A stretch of 63,862 nt of DNA, filler included, from Chiloscyllium plagiosum (lineage: Eukaryota): assembly GCF_004010195.1 (NCBI RefSeq). It is 4 parts of one record of this genome, joined end to end, with 100 filler letters (N's around TTAATTAATTAA, not from the genome) between each part and the next. Parts side by side here need not be neighbours in the genome. Positions count along the whole stretch, not along the records: positions 1 to 27,267 come from NC_057716.1; 3 more parts are not named here. The stretch is one strand, 5' to 3'. The position numbers were made by a program, and so were the translations under genes. The notes under the pieces were generated by a model. That model made no database searches. It worked only from the letters and a program-made list of their open reading frames with translations, and was not told where the DNA came from. The first letter of the stretch is position 1. Each line of letters begins with the position of its first letter. Below are positions 1 through 11,709 of the stretch, in pieces.

Positions 1-712
1 CAGGAACACACATCCACCCCCATCCCCCAGGAACACACACCCACCCCGTCTCTGGGAACACTGATGCTGTCTGAACTCTCCACTTGATGGTAAATGTCGT
101 TACTGTATGAGAAGAGACAAACAAATAAGGTGAAAGGAGGTTGAGTAGACAAGCTCCACCCTGAGCTCAGGAACCCACACTCCGTACTGCTCTCAACCAC
201 CATCTTGACTGCATTTTTTAGCATAGTCACATCTGTCCCAACTTTCTCCCCCCTGTAACTGAATGCTACATTTAACCATGTTATGGTCACTTTTCCCTCA
301 GGAAAGTCTTACCCTTAGATCATTTATTAAATGTGCCTCACTACACATCACCAGATCCAAAGTTCCTGGTCGCATCCATAACATTTTGTTCCAGGGAAAT
401 GTCCCAAATACATTGTATGAATGTGCATTCTCTGTCAATCTGTCTATATACAATCAAATGCATATTAAACTCACCCATGATGAATGTACTGCCTTTATTA
501 CTCACCCTTATTACTTCCTGAGCTATTCCCTGTCCCAGCGTGTAGCTGCTGTGTGCAGCTTCTCACTGTGACTCTGAGTCTTGGCTCTATCCTGTTGGAT
601 CTAGTATCCTGTGGCCCGGGGCTGACTTCACTCAGAGGATGTCGCTGAGCATTTAAAACTCTTTCTTAAAAATTAATAAATGGAGCAGGCTCCCCCTTCT
701 GGAACAATTTTA

Positions 713-1250
713 TTATTTATTCGTGGAATGTGGGCACCACTGCCTGGGCCCAGCATTTATTGCCCCGTTCCTAGTTGCCCCTTGAGAAGGTGGGGGTGAG
801 CTGCCTTCTTGAACCGCTGCAGTCCATGTGCTGTGGGTAGACCCACAATGTCCCTTAGGGAGGGAATTCCAGGATTCTGACCCAGTGACACTGAAGGAAC
901 GGTGATATATTTCCATGTCAGGATGGTGAGGGGCTGGGAGGGGAACTTGCAGGGGGTGGTGTTCCCATGTATCTGCTGCCCATGTCCTTCTAGATGGAAG
1001 TGGTTGTGGGTTTGGAAGGTGCTGTCTGAGGGTCTTTGGTGAGTTTCTGCAGTGCATCTTGTAGCTGGTACACACTGCTGCTACTGAGTGTGGGTGGGGG
1101 AGGGAGTGGGTGTTTGTGGGTGTGGTGCCAATCAAGTGGCTGCTTTGTCCTGGATGGTGTCGAGCTTCTTGAGTGTTGTTGGAGCTGCCCCCATCCAGGG
1201 CAAGTGGGGAGTATTCCCTCACACTCCGGACTTGGGCCTTGTAGATGGTG
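713..1250 (-). mobile_element. 3' fragment of a CR1/L2-group LINE (family also at 15270-15565, 17310-18240, 33100-33495, 46745-47241, 54935-55095, 58045-58460)
   Basis: Near-identical inverted copy at 58045-58460; C-terminal motif 'SESWNSLP'; ends in an AATAAA/A-rich tail on the - strand. Confidence 0.7.
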
Positions 1251-2084
1251 GACAGGAGTCCATTTTATTCATGTCATTTCCTGTGTTTCCTTGAGTGTGG
1301 GATAAACAGTCACAGAATATTTGGTGGGCTTGGATGGTATAGAATGACCGGGAGGTGCAGCAGGAACAATAGGATAGATCGGTTGTGTCAAGTGATCTGT
1401 TTCTGTGATATAATGGCTTTGTAAAGGCCTGCTTGGTTTGGGCACTGTAAGAAGTGGGATGGGGGGAAGTAGGTTTGAGCTGGTTTCTGCTGAGTGACAG
1501 GTTGAGTGACGTCACGTGCGGCAGGTGGAGACACCACTCCTTTGTGTCCAGGGGATTTGTCTACTTGGCTTTATTCCCTCTGCAGCACACATGCCTGGGC
1601 TTGTTCCTCTGGGAGGGAGCATGGTTTCCTGTGTGGCAGTCTTCAGGTCACCTGAATAACAGAGATCTCAGCCCCTGTTCCGGAACAATCAGAACCTCAC
1701 TCAGAGGCTGACAGTGGAAAATACAGCGAGAATTCATTGAGGGTTCCTTCTTATTTCAAAGTGGAAACAGTGATATCACAGGTACGTTCACACAGAGTTT
1801 TGCCAAATATTCTGTTGTTATCAAATGTTGGAGGTGGAGTCCAGTGCCACATGGCCCCTGGTATGACTTTGCCTGACTCGAAACATAAAGACACAATGGT
1901 CTACTGTATAGCAAAAGGCAATTTGTGCACCAGCCAACAACAACTGCCCAAACAACTCCTCCTTAAAAACATTCAATACTTTGGCCTCAAGTACTTCCTG
2001 TGGCAGAGAATTCCACAGGCTCCCCGCTCTCTGGGTGAAGACATGTCTCCTCATCCCAGTCCTAAATGTGGAGGGGTCAATGTT

Positions 2085-2190
2085 GGACTGGAGTGGACAA
2101 GGTCAGAAGTCACATGACGCCAGGTTACAGTCCGATAGGTTTATTTGAAATCACAAGTTTTCAGAGCACTGCTCCTTCCTCAGATGAACT
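2085..2190 (-). repeat. Penelope terminal-repeat fragment with degenerate hammerhead motif (family B)
   Basis: Reverse complement reads CTGAGGA-A-GGAGC-AGT-GCTCT-GAAAACTT; similar to 6402-6500. Confidence 0.55.
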
Positions 2191-2884
2191 GTCGCCTCAG
2201 TCCACTTCAACATGACCCCTTGGTTCTGGACTCCCCCACCTTTAGGACCATCCTTCCTGTGTTTATCCTGGCTAGTTCTCTAAAGTCTCAGAGATCTACA
2301 GCACAGAAAAAGGCCCTTCAGCCCATTGTGTATTTGCCAGTCAAAAACAGCCACCTCCCTATTGTAACCCCATTTCCCAGCACTTGGCCATAGCCTTGTC
2401 TGCCTTGGCATGACGGGGGTGGGGGTGGGGGGGAGGTGGGGGAGGGGGCACATTGAAATCCTCCTTCAGTGTGATAGGGGTTCCTGTCTCTCCCACTCTC
2501 ACAGGCAGTCAGTTACAGACTCGCACCACCCTCTGGGGGAAAAAGATGCTCCTGTGTGAATTTTATACCTTTATATGAAATTCCCTCCATTCTTATAAAC
2601 TCCAGGAGAGACTATTCCAATCTCTCCTCATACATCAGTGCTACCATCCCAGGGATCAGTCTGGGAAACCTTCACTGCACTCCCTCTCCAGCAAGAACAT
2701 CCCTCCCTAGGTAAGGAGACCCAAACTGTACACAATATTCCAGGTATGGTCTCTCCAAGGCCCTGTCTTGATGCAGCAAGATATCCCCGCTCCTGTACTC
2801 GAACCCTCTCACTATGAAGCCAATGTCCCATTTCTGTTGCACCTACAATGCTCACTGTCAGTATCTGATGTACAAGGACAGGCG

Positions 2885-3006
2885 AAAGTGAGGACTGCAG
2901 ATGCTGGAGACTAGAGTCGAGAGTGTGGCGCTGGAAAAGCACAGCAGGTCAGGCAGCATCTGAGGAGCAGGAGAGTCAACGTTTTGGGCAAAAGCCCTTC
3001 ATCAGG
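2885..3006 (-). repeat. Penelope-derived short repeat (family A), hammerhead core mutated (GAAA to AAAA)
   Basis: Recurrent unit GAGGACTGCAGATGCTGG...CAGCAGGTCAGGCAGCATC...AAGCCCTTCATCAGG, with more than 10 copies in the window. Confidence 0.7.
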
Positions 3007-3829
3007 TCTCGCTGCACCTTCCCCGTTCCCAATCTATCTCCATTCAGATCATCATCCACCTCACATTTATCCCCATTATCCTGCACCTGCTGTGTATTTG
3101 CCCACTCCCTCAGCCTGTCCCAATCCCACTGGAGCATCTCTGCACCTTCCTCTCAGCTCACCCTCCCACCCAGCTTTGTGTTGGCTGAAACTTTGGAGGT
3201 ATTACATTCACTTCCCTCTTCTGAATCATTAATGTATATTGGGAGCAGCTGGGGTCCTATCACCGATCCCTGGTATCGCACTAGTCAGTGCCAGCCACTC
3301 AGAAACAGACTCATTTATTTCTCCTCTTTGTTTCCTGTCTGCCAACCAGTTCTCTATCTACCTCAATACATTAGCCCCAATCCTATGTAGTTTCATGTTA
3401 CATATGAAACTCTTACCTGGGACTTTATCAAAAGCCTTCTGAAAGTCCAAAGCCTTACCCACTGGCTCCCTCTGACCAGCTGTACTCGCTACTTTCCTGA
3501 AGGACTCCAGTAGATTTGTCAGTGTGAATTCCCTTTTGTAAATCCGTGCTGTCTCTGTCTGATCCTGTCACTGGCTATTCAGTCTAGTATTTATCCCAAT
3601 AACAATTTCAGACTCACTGGTCTATAATTGCTGGTCTCCTCCATGCCTCCCTGGTTAAGTAGTGGGGTTACATTAGCTCCCCTCTACTTTATAGGAACTT
3701 GGACGATCAGCACCAACTTATCCACTATTTCTACAGCCACTTCCTGGAGTATCCTGGGATGGAGATGATCAAATCCCCCATGGGGATTTTTATTGGTCTT
3801 CAATCCCTCAATTTCTCTACTGATGCTGA

Positions 3830-4140
3830 TCGTAGAATCCCTACAGTGTGGAACGAGGGCATTTGGCCTATTGAGTCCACACCGACCATGGGAACACAGC
3901 TCACCCATTCCCTGTAACACCACATTAGGTTTTACACAATGGCTACTCCACCTAACCTGGACACTATGGGTAATGTAGCATGGCCAATCCACCTAACCTG
4001 CATATCTGGAGTAAACCAGAGCACCCTGAGGAAACTCACAGAGACGCAGGGAGAATGTGCAAACTCCACACAGAGAGTTGCCTAAGAATGGCATTGAACC
4101 CGGGTCCCTGGTGCTGTGAGGTAACACTGAGCCACTGTGA
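3830..4140 (-). mobile_element. HE1/V-SINE, degenerate
   Basis: tRNA-like B-box GGGTTCAATGCC and V-domain GTGTGGAGTTTGCACATTCTCCC on the - strand. Confidence 0.75.
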
Positions 4141-4943
4141 TTTCCTTCAGCTCCTCTCTGTCACTAGACCCTGTGTTACCCCTTGTTCCTGAATAGTATT
4201 TGTTATCTCCTTTGTGAAGTTTAACATATGCATTTATCTATTTTATTGTCTGTCTGTTCCCCATTATACCATCCCCTGTTTCTGATATAAGGAACCTACA
4301 TTTACCTTCAGTAATCTTTATTAAGCAACTGCCGTACATGCCCATGGATAGCAGGGAGTTGAGGGGTGCATAGGATAAGTTACTATATTTTACATTAGGC
4401 TTAATCCTCGGCACAACATCGTGGGTCAAAGGGCCTGTTCTGTGCTGTACTTTTCTATGTTCTATTATTGTTTCACGGAGCTGTAGAAGTTTTTACAGTC
4501 AATTTTTCCTTTCCCTGCAAGCTTGGTCTGATTTCTCCTTCTTAATCAAACCATTTGTCTCCCTTTACCGGAATCTAAACAGCTCCCAGTCCTCAGGAGT
4601 GCTGCTTTTATTGGACAATTTGTATGTCCCTTCCTTGGATCTAATACTATCTCTAATTTCTTTTCTAACCCAAGATTTGACCCCCATTACCATTTTGTTT
4701 TTGTGCCAGACAGGAATGAACAATTACTGTGTTCTTTAAATGTTTGCCATTGCCTTTCCACTGTAGCTTTAAGTAACATTCTCCAACTTATCACAGCCAC
4801 ATTACTCAGTTTCCTTTGTTTTATTTCAATTCAACATTAACTCTGTTTCTCTTTCCAATAGATGCTGCCAGATGTGCTGAGTTTCCAGCATGTTCTGTGT
4901 CTATTAAAGTCAAGACCTCCTTGAGTCACTAAAAGTCCAATTA

Positions 4944-5677
4944 AACAATATATGTTCAAGATGTTACGCTGGGTGATGTTCTGCAGCTGCAGTATGTGGG
5001 AGCCTCTGGACACCATGCTGATCTAGAGTGATCACATCTGGAGCAGGACTGGGACCGATTCCCCCTGGGGGAGTGTGATGGTCGGGAGCGTTCAAATTAA
5101 ATTGGTAGGGGGATGGGAACCTAGGCAAGCAATCAGAGGAAGGGAAACCAAGGATATCAACAAAAACAGAAACGGGAATAAGAACAGTGATAGGCAGAGG
5201 AACGAAAGGCCAAATTTAAACAAAGTCAGAATAAGACAGCATTGAAAATGGGTCAAGAAGTATCAAAATGATATGCCTGAAGGCTTTATGTCTGGATGCA
5301 TGGCATATCCAAAATAAAGTGGGTGAATTAATTACGCAAATCAATGAATGTAGATATGACAAAGTTAGGATTACAGAGACATGGTTGCAGGGTGACTTTG
5401 TTTAAATTTGGCCTTTCGTTCCTCTGCCTATCACTGTTCTTATTCCCGTTTCTGTTTTTGTTGATATCCTTGGTTTCCCTTCCTCTGATTGCTTGCCTAG
5501 GTTCCCATCCCCCTACCAATTTAATTTGAACGCTCCCGACCATCACACTCCCCCAGGGGGAATCGGTCCCAGTCCTGCTCCAGATGTGATCACTCTAGAT
5601 CAGCATGGTGTCCAGAGGCTCCCACATACTGCAGCTGCAGAACATCACCCAGCGTAACACCTTGAGCATATATTGTT
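4944..5677. repeat. Near-perfect 285-bp inverted repeat (arms 4944-5228 and 5393-5677, 164-nt spacer)
   Basis: Arms are reverse complements; only 2 mismatches seen, both near the outer ends. Confidence 0.92.
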
Positions 5678-6369
5678 CTGAACTGAATATCGAGGGGTAT
5701 CCAGTATTTAGGAAGGACAGAAAAGGAGGATGAACTGATGGTGTTGCATTGCTGGTTAAAGAAGATAAAACTAAAATATTAGAACACAGAACATAGAACA
5801 TTACAGCACAGTCCAGGCCCTTGATGTTGCGCTGACTTGTGGAATCAATCTGAAGCCTATTTAACCTACATTGTTCCATTCTCATCCCAGGCAACATCCT
5901 AGTAAATCTCCTCTGCACCCTTTCCAAAGCTTCCACATCCCTCCTAAAACGCAGTGACCAGAACTGTACACAATACTCCAAGTGCGGCCGCACCAGAGTT
6001 TTGTACAGCTGCAGCATGACCTCATGGTTCCGAAACTCAATCCCTCTACCAATAAAAGCTAACACACCGTATGCCTTCTTAACAACCCTATCAGCCTGGG
6101 TGGCAACTTTCAGGGATCTATGTACATGGACATTGAGCTCTCTCTGCTCATCTACACTACCAAGAATCTTACCATTAGCCCAGTACTCTTGAGGAATATT
6201 GAGGAATGATATTAGCACCGATGATGTGAGGGTAGAATTGAGAAATATCAAGGGGTAAAAAACATCAGTGAGGGTGGAATATAGATCATTAAACTGTGGT
6301 AGTCATCTTGGGACTGACATTAAACAGGAAATCAGAGATGCACACAGGAAAGGAACGTGTGTAATTATG
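5229..6369 (+). mobile_element. Degenerate CR1 LINE endonuclease region, interrupted by the inverted duplication and by a minus-strand CR1 3' fragment (about 5785-6190); it resumes at 9281
   Basis: Remnants of 'NKVGELI..GITETWLQG..ELNIEGY.VFRKDR' and 'KGTCVIMG.FNLH'; the nested fragment encodes 'LYKTLVRPHLEYCVQFWS'. Confidence 0.75.
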
Positions 6370-6453
6370 ATTTGGAGGAGCCATGTGTTAGACTGGGGAG
6401 GACAAAGTTAAAAATCACACAACACCAGGTTATAGTCCAACAGGTTTAATTGG

Positions 6454-6494
6454 AAGCACTAGCTTTCGGAGCGACGCTCCTTCATCAGGTGATT
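6454..6494 (-). ncRNA. Minimal type I hammerhead ribozyme motif (family B)
   Basis: AATCAC-CTGATGA-A-GGAGC(GTC)GCTCC-GAAAGCTA-GTGCTT: intact CUGAUGA/GAAA/UH core, 5-bp stem II, palindromic AGCT stem III. Confidence 0.75.
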
Positions 6495-7019
6495 GTGGAG
6501 TATAAGATCATAAGACACAGAATTTATAGCAAAGGTTTACAGTGTGAAGTAACTGAAATTATATATTGAAGAAGACCTGGATTGTTTGTTAAGTCTCTCA
6601 TCTTTTAGAATGACCATGTTGGTTTCAGTTCTTTCATATGTAAATCGCAAAATCTTTTTTTAAAGTTACATTCTCAAGTCAACTTTAACAACAGGTGCCA
6701 TGTCAGCCCAGATACTGCATTGAAGGTGTGAGGTGTCCTGTGTGAGGCTGTCTGTGCCCCAATGTTCAGACTGATTCTAATCTAAAAAAGGAATTTACGG
6801 AATCTCACATGTATTCATGCAGTTTTTAAGCAAAATAAAGCGTAATTCTGCAAGTACAAATTCACCCCACAAACTTATATGTGTGTGTGTGTCCGTGGGG
6901 AGGTGAGGTATGAGTGTCTGTGAGAGAGTGTGAGTATGTGGGTGAGTGTGAGTGTAAAGGGGTATAAGTCTGTGAGAGGGTGTGTGTGTGTGAGTGTGAG
7001 TCTGGGAGTGTATGTGGGA

Positions 7020-8050
7020 GGGAACACTCCTGTCTGTTGATTGTTGTGTGGTGCCCATTCATCCGTTGAGGTAGACTTTGCTCGGTTTCTCCAATGCCTC
7101 AGGGTATCCTTACCTGCAGCGTATGAGATAGACAACGTTGGCTGAGTCACATGAGTACCTGCCACGTACACAGTGGGAGGTGTCCCCACGTGTAATGGTG
7201 GTATCCATGTCCACACTCTGACACGTCTTGCAGCGTCTGCCGTGACAGGGTTGTNNNNNNNNNNNNNNNNNNNNNNNNNNNNNNNNNNNNNNNNNNGTGT
7301 CTGTCTCCTGAGGAGGTCATTACGGTTCCTTGCTGTGGCACGTCGGAACTGGTGGTCGATGAGTTGAGCATCGTACCCTGTTCTTGTGAGGACATCACTG
7401 AGTACTTCCAGGTGCCCGTCATGTTCCTCTTCATCTGAACAGATCCGGTGTATGTAAAGGGCTTGTCCATAGGGAATGGCTGTTTTAATATGTTTTGGGT
7501 GGAAGCTGGAGAAGTGTAGCATTGTGAGGTTGTCTGTGGGTTTGAGGTAGAGTGTGGTTCTGAGGTGTCCATCCTTGATGGAGACGCATATGTTCAAGAA
7601 TGAGACAGATAGTCGAGAGTAGTTCATGGTGAGTTTGATGGTGGGATGAAATTTGTTGATGTCACTGGGTAGTTTTATCAGTGACTCCTCGCCATGGGTC
7701 CAGAGGAAGAAAATGTTGTCAATGTACCTGGTGAATAGTTTTGGTTGGAGGTCCTGCAGAGAGAAGATGTCTTGTTTGAGCCTGTGCATGAAAGTGTTGG
7801 CATATTGAGGTCCACATTTGGTCCCCGTGGCTGTTCCGTGTGTCTGGATGAAGAACCGGTTGTTGAAGGTGAAGACATAGTGGTCGAGGATAAAGCGGAT
7901 GAGTTGTAGGACAGTGCTCAGAGATTGGTAGCTGTTGGTGTTGAGTACTGAGGCTGTTGCCGCGATGCCATCATTGTGGGGGATGCTGGTGTAGAGTGTG
8001 GAAATGCCCATTGTGACAGGGAATGTTCCCGGTTCGACTGTCTGTGGGCA
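7020..8050 (-). mobile_element. Penelope reverse transcriptase plus GIY-YIG endonuclease remnant
   Basis: Motifs 'STLYTSIPH', 'QTHGTATGT..GPQYAN', 'TRYIDNIFF', 'SFHPKHIKTAIPYGQA', then 'NVVYLIRC' (frameshifted, decayed). Confidence 0.9.
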
Positions 8051-8065
8051 CTGAGTTTCTGTAAG

Positions 8066-8378
8066 ACTCGGCCAACGTTGTCTATCTGACACGCTGCAGG
8101 CAAGGATGTCTTGAGGCGTGGTACATTGGTGAGACCGAGCAGAGGCTACGGCAACGGACGAACGGGCACCACACAACAATCAACAGACAGGGGTGTTCCC
8201 TCCCAGTTCCCTCAGCAGTCCGGGACATTAGGCCTCGGACCCTCAGGTGACCGTCCTCCGAGACAGACTTCAGGACAGTCAACAACGCAGAGTGGCTGAG
8301 CAGAGACTGATAGCCAGGTTCGGTACCCATGGGAATGGCCTCAACCAGGACCTTGGGTTCATGTCACACTACAGGTTG
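8066..8378 (+). mobile_element. Inverted Penelope GIY-YIG C-terminal fragment
   Basis: Translates 'DSANVVYLTRCRQGCLEAWYIGETEQRLRQR...' and 'VAEQRLIARFGTHGNGLNQDLGFMSHY'; inverse copy of about 7020-7150. Confidence 0.85.
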
Positions 8379-8685
8379 AATTGAATTGAATTGAATTGAA
8401 TTGAATTGAATTTATTGTCCTGTGTACCGAGACACAGTGAAAAGCTTTGTCTTGTGACCAATACAGAGAGATCACAGAGTTAAGTCGCATAGATAGTAAA
8501 TAATAGGGAAACAGCAGCAAAAACAAAAACACAGGTACAGGTGAATGTTAAGAGTTTGTGAGGCCATTCAGTATTCTAACAACAGTGGGGTAGAAACTGT
8601 TTCAAAACCGGCTGGTGCGTGTGTTCAGGCTTCTGTACCTTCTCCCCGATGGTAGAGGTTGTAGAAAAACATTGCCAGGGTGGGA
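8376..8685 (-). mobile_element. 3' end of a Rex/Babar- or L2-like LINE with (TTCAA)n tail
   Basis: 'LPSGRRYRSLNTRTSRF' C-terminal motif; AATAAA followed by a pentamer microsatellite at 8376-8411. Confidence 0.65.
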
Positions 8686-8950
8686 AGGGGTCCTCGGAAG
8701 GTGGGTGGGAGTCCTGATTGTGAAAGTAAGCTCGGAGACGGAGGCGACGGAAGAATTGTTCGATGTCACTGCGTGTATTAAATTCATTGATGCGTGGACG
8801 GAGGGGGATGAAGGTGAGTCCTTTACTGAGGACTGATCGTTCGTCCTCAGTGAGGGGGAGGTCTGGGGGGATGGTGAAAACTCGGCAGGGCTGGGAGCTG
8901 GGAGCTGGTGTGGGTGTAGAGCTGGGAGTGGGGGCGGAACCTGTAACTGG
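8686..8950 (-). mobile_element. Penelope ORF N-terminal fragment
   Basis: 'LTEDERSVLSKGLTFIP...DIEQFFRRLRLRAYF' is typical of PLE N-termini. Confidence 0.75.
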
Positions 8951-9280
8951 AGTGTTAAAGCTCACTTGAGAATGTAACTTTTTAAAAAAGGTTTTGTGAT
9001 TTGCATATGAAAGAACTGATACCAACATGGTCAAGGTTATGGTCCAACAGGTTTCATTGGAAACACACTGGTTTTCTAAAAGATGAGAGACTTGACAAAC
9101 AATCCGGGTCTTTTCCAATATATCATTTCAGTTACATCACACTGTAAACTTTTGTTATAAATTCTGTGTCTTACAATCTTATTCTCCACAACCACCCAAT
9201 GAAGGAGCAGCGCTCCGAAAGCTAGTGATTCCAAATAAACCTGTTGGACTATAACCTGGTGTTGTGTGATTTATAACTTT

Positions 9281-10245
9281 GTAATTATGGGACACTTTAA
9301 TCTGCATAAAGGTTGGGTGAATCAAATTACTCACAATCCTGTCAGGGAGGAAGGCCTGCAGTGTGTATGGAATGGTTTTCTGGATCAACACATGAAGCAA
9401 CCAGCTAGGGGACAGCTCATCCTCGACAGAGGATTATACAATGAGAAAGGAATAATGGTTAATGTAGTTGTGAGGGAGCCCTTGGGGATGATTAACCATA
9501 ACGTGGTAGAATTCTTCATCACGATGTGGAGTGAGGTAGTTAATTCTGAAATGAAAGTCCTGAATTGAAAACGAGGAAGCCAGAATGGTATAAGGCATGA
9601 GTTGGTGATGATGGATTGGGAAATGTTCCTGAAAGGAATAATGGGCTGGAAAACCTTCAAGGAGTGAACGGCTAAACGACAAAAATTGTTTATTCCTGTT
9701 AGGCAGAAGACTATGAAGACAACAATGGCCAAACGATGGCTTCTGAGATAGAATTAAATGAGAAAAAGACACCAGATGCAAAAATGCAAATTGGCAAGAC
9801 AGAGCTGAGGACTGGGAACCCTTTAGAAATCAGCTAAGGAGAACTAAGGTCATATTTGGAATATTGTGTCCAGTTCTGGTCACCACACTCTACCAGAAGG
9901 ATGGGAGGCTTTGGAGAAGGGACAGAAACGGTTTATGGATGTTTCTTGGTTTGGAGGGTGTTGACTATGAGGAGAGATTGGATACACTTGGTTTGTTTGC
10001 ACTTGAACATTAAAGGATGAGGGCAATCTGATTAAAGTTTACAAAATTAAGAAAGGCATGAATAGATGGAGTTGTTTTCCCAGGGTCAATTACCAGAGGG
10101 CATAGGTTTAAAGTAAAAAGTGGAAACTTTAAAGGGGATATGAAAGGTAGGTTTTTTACACAGAGGGTGGTGAGTGTCTGGAACACACTGCCAAGAGGAA
10201 GAGTGGAGGTGGATACAGTAGCAATGTTTAAGAGGCATTTTGACA
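9281..10245 (+). mobile_element. CR1 LINE fragments (endonuclease continuation and 3' region)
   Basis: 'VIMGHFNLH..W', 'GFLDQHM.QPARGQLILD', 'VREPLG...HNVVEF'; later 'FFTQRVVSVWNTLP'. Confidence 0.8.
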
Positions 10246-10249
10246 GCTG

Positions 10250-11085
10250 GGAGAAAGTGAGGACTGCAGATGCTGGAGATCAGGGCCGATAAATGTGGTG
10301 ATGGAAAAGCACAGCAGGTCAGGCAGCATCTGAGGAGCAGGAGAGTTGACGTTTTGTGCATAAGCCCTTCATCAGGAATGTGGGGGGAGTGCCATGGGGG
10401 TTGAGAGATAAATGGAAGGGCCTAGGGCTGGGGGGAATGTAGCTGGGAATGCGAGAGGTAGTTAGAAGTGGAAGGTGATGGTGATAAGTCGGAGGGGAGG
10501 GTGGAGCAGAAAGGTGTGAAGCAAGATGGACAGCTCAGACTGTTCAAGAGGGCAGTGCCGAGTCAGAGGGTTGGATCTGGGATGAGGTTAGAGGGAGGGG
10601 AGATGAGGAAACTGGTGAAATTGACATTGACTCTGTGGTTAGAAAGTCCCAAGATGGAAGATGAGGCATTCTTCCTCCAAGATGGCTAGAGTCAAGATTA
10701 GAGCAGTGCTGGAAAAGCACAGCAGGTCAGGCAGCATCCGAGGAGCAGGAAAATAATTTTCCTGCTCCTCGGATGCTGCCTGACCAACTGTGCTTTTCCA
10801 GCACCTCTCTAATCTAGACTCTGATCTCCAGCATCTGCAGCCCTCACTTTCGCCATCAGGTGGCTGGAGTTTGGTGGTGGAGGAGGCCCAGGACTTGCAT
10901 GTCCTTGGCAGAGTGAAAGGGGGAGTTGAAGTGGTCAGCCACAGAGCGGTGGGGTTGATTGGTGTGTGTGTTCCAGAGATGTCCCCTGAAACATTCCGCA
11001 AGTTGGTGTCCTGTCTCCCCAGTGTAGAGGAGACCGCATCAAGAGTAATGGATACAGTAGATGAGGTGTTTGGATGTGCAGGAAT
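10250..11085 (-). mobile_element. Penelope family A 3' region (terminal repeat plus GIY-YIG remnant) with nested fold-back copy at about 10688-10851
   Basis: Terminal unit at 10250-10380; decayed 'YCIH..CGLLYTGET' near 11020-11065. Confidence 0.65.
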
Positions 11086-11709
11086 ACATGAATAGGGAGG
11101 GGATAGAGGGATAACCTGTTTCTTAACAGTCCTACTCTATCTCCCTTTCGCAGAAACAATTATTTTACACATCCAACTTCAGACAAGACTTCTGCAAACA
11201 GAAATAAAAAAAGACTTTTCCAGTTCATGGTGTTTCCCCCTAAACAAAGGAAAAGAAATCAATCTCTGACCTTCGAAACTGAAAGCCTAATTAGCAATTG
11301 TGTACTTTGGTCACTCAGAAATCGCCCGATGGAAACAAAACCTCTTCATACACTGAAACTATCGCTCTCAGGCGCTTCTTAAAAAGAAATCAACCGTCTC
11401 TACAGAAACGTTTACAAATTAATCAATAAACTCGTTTAGAAACACAGTAATCCCATATGTCACTATTTCAAATTAAAAGATACAAAATAAATGGGATTAA
11501 CATGAAAATAGATCATATCCTATGTCACACATTCAAAAGGGTATTGGATGATTATTTAAATAGCGACAATGTGTTGGCTTCTCAGGGAAAGGGTGGAGTT
11601 TGGAACTGAGTGGTTATACTCACTCAGTGAACAAGTGCTGATCTGATGAGCTGTACAGCTTCAAGCTCCACAGGAACAATTCTGTGATCTGCTTTTTCGT
11701 GCAGAATCT

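Larger units (their letters stand above)
6370..9280. mobile_element. Composite Penelope-like retroelement insertion with inverted terminal repeats (about 6402-6690 and 8953-9282) and TSD TGTAATTATG (6360-6369, 9280-9289)
   Basis: Inverted arms of about 300 bp, internal RT and GIY-YIG remnants, and the flanking CR1 sequence rejoins across the duplication. Confidence 0.8.

Noticed and set aside
11118..11530. AT-rich block with TG...CA ends, possible solo LTR upstream of the orphan exon
   Set aside because: No TSD, PBS or second copy visible; cannot be supported without a repeat library
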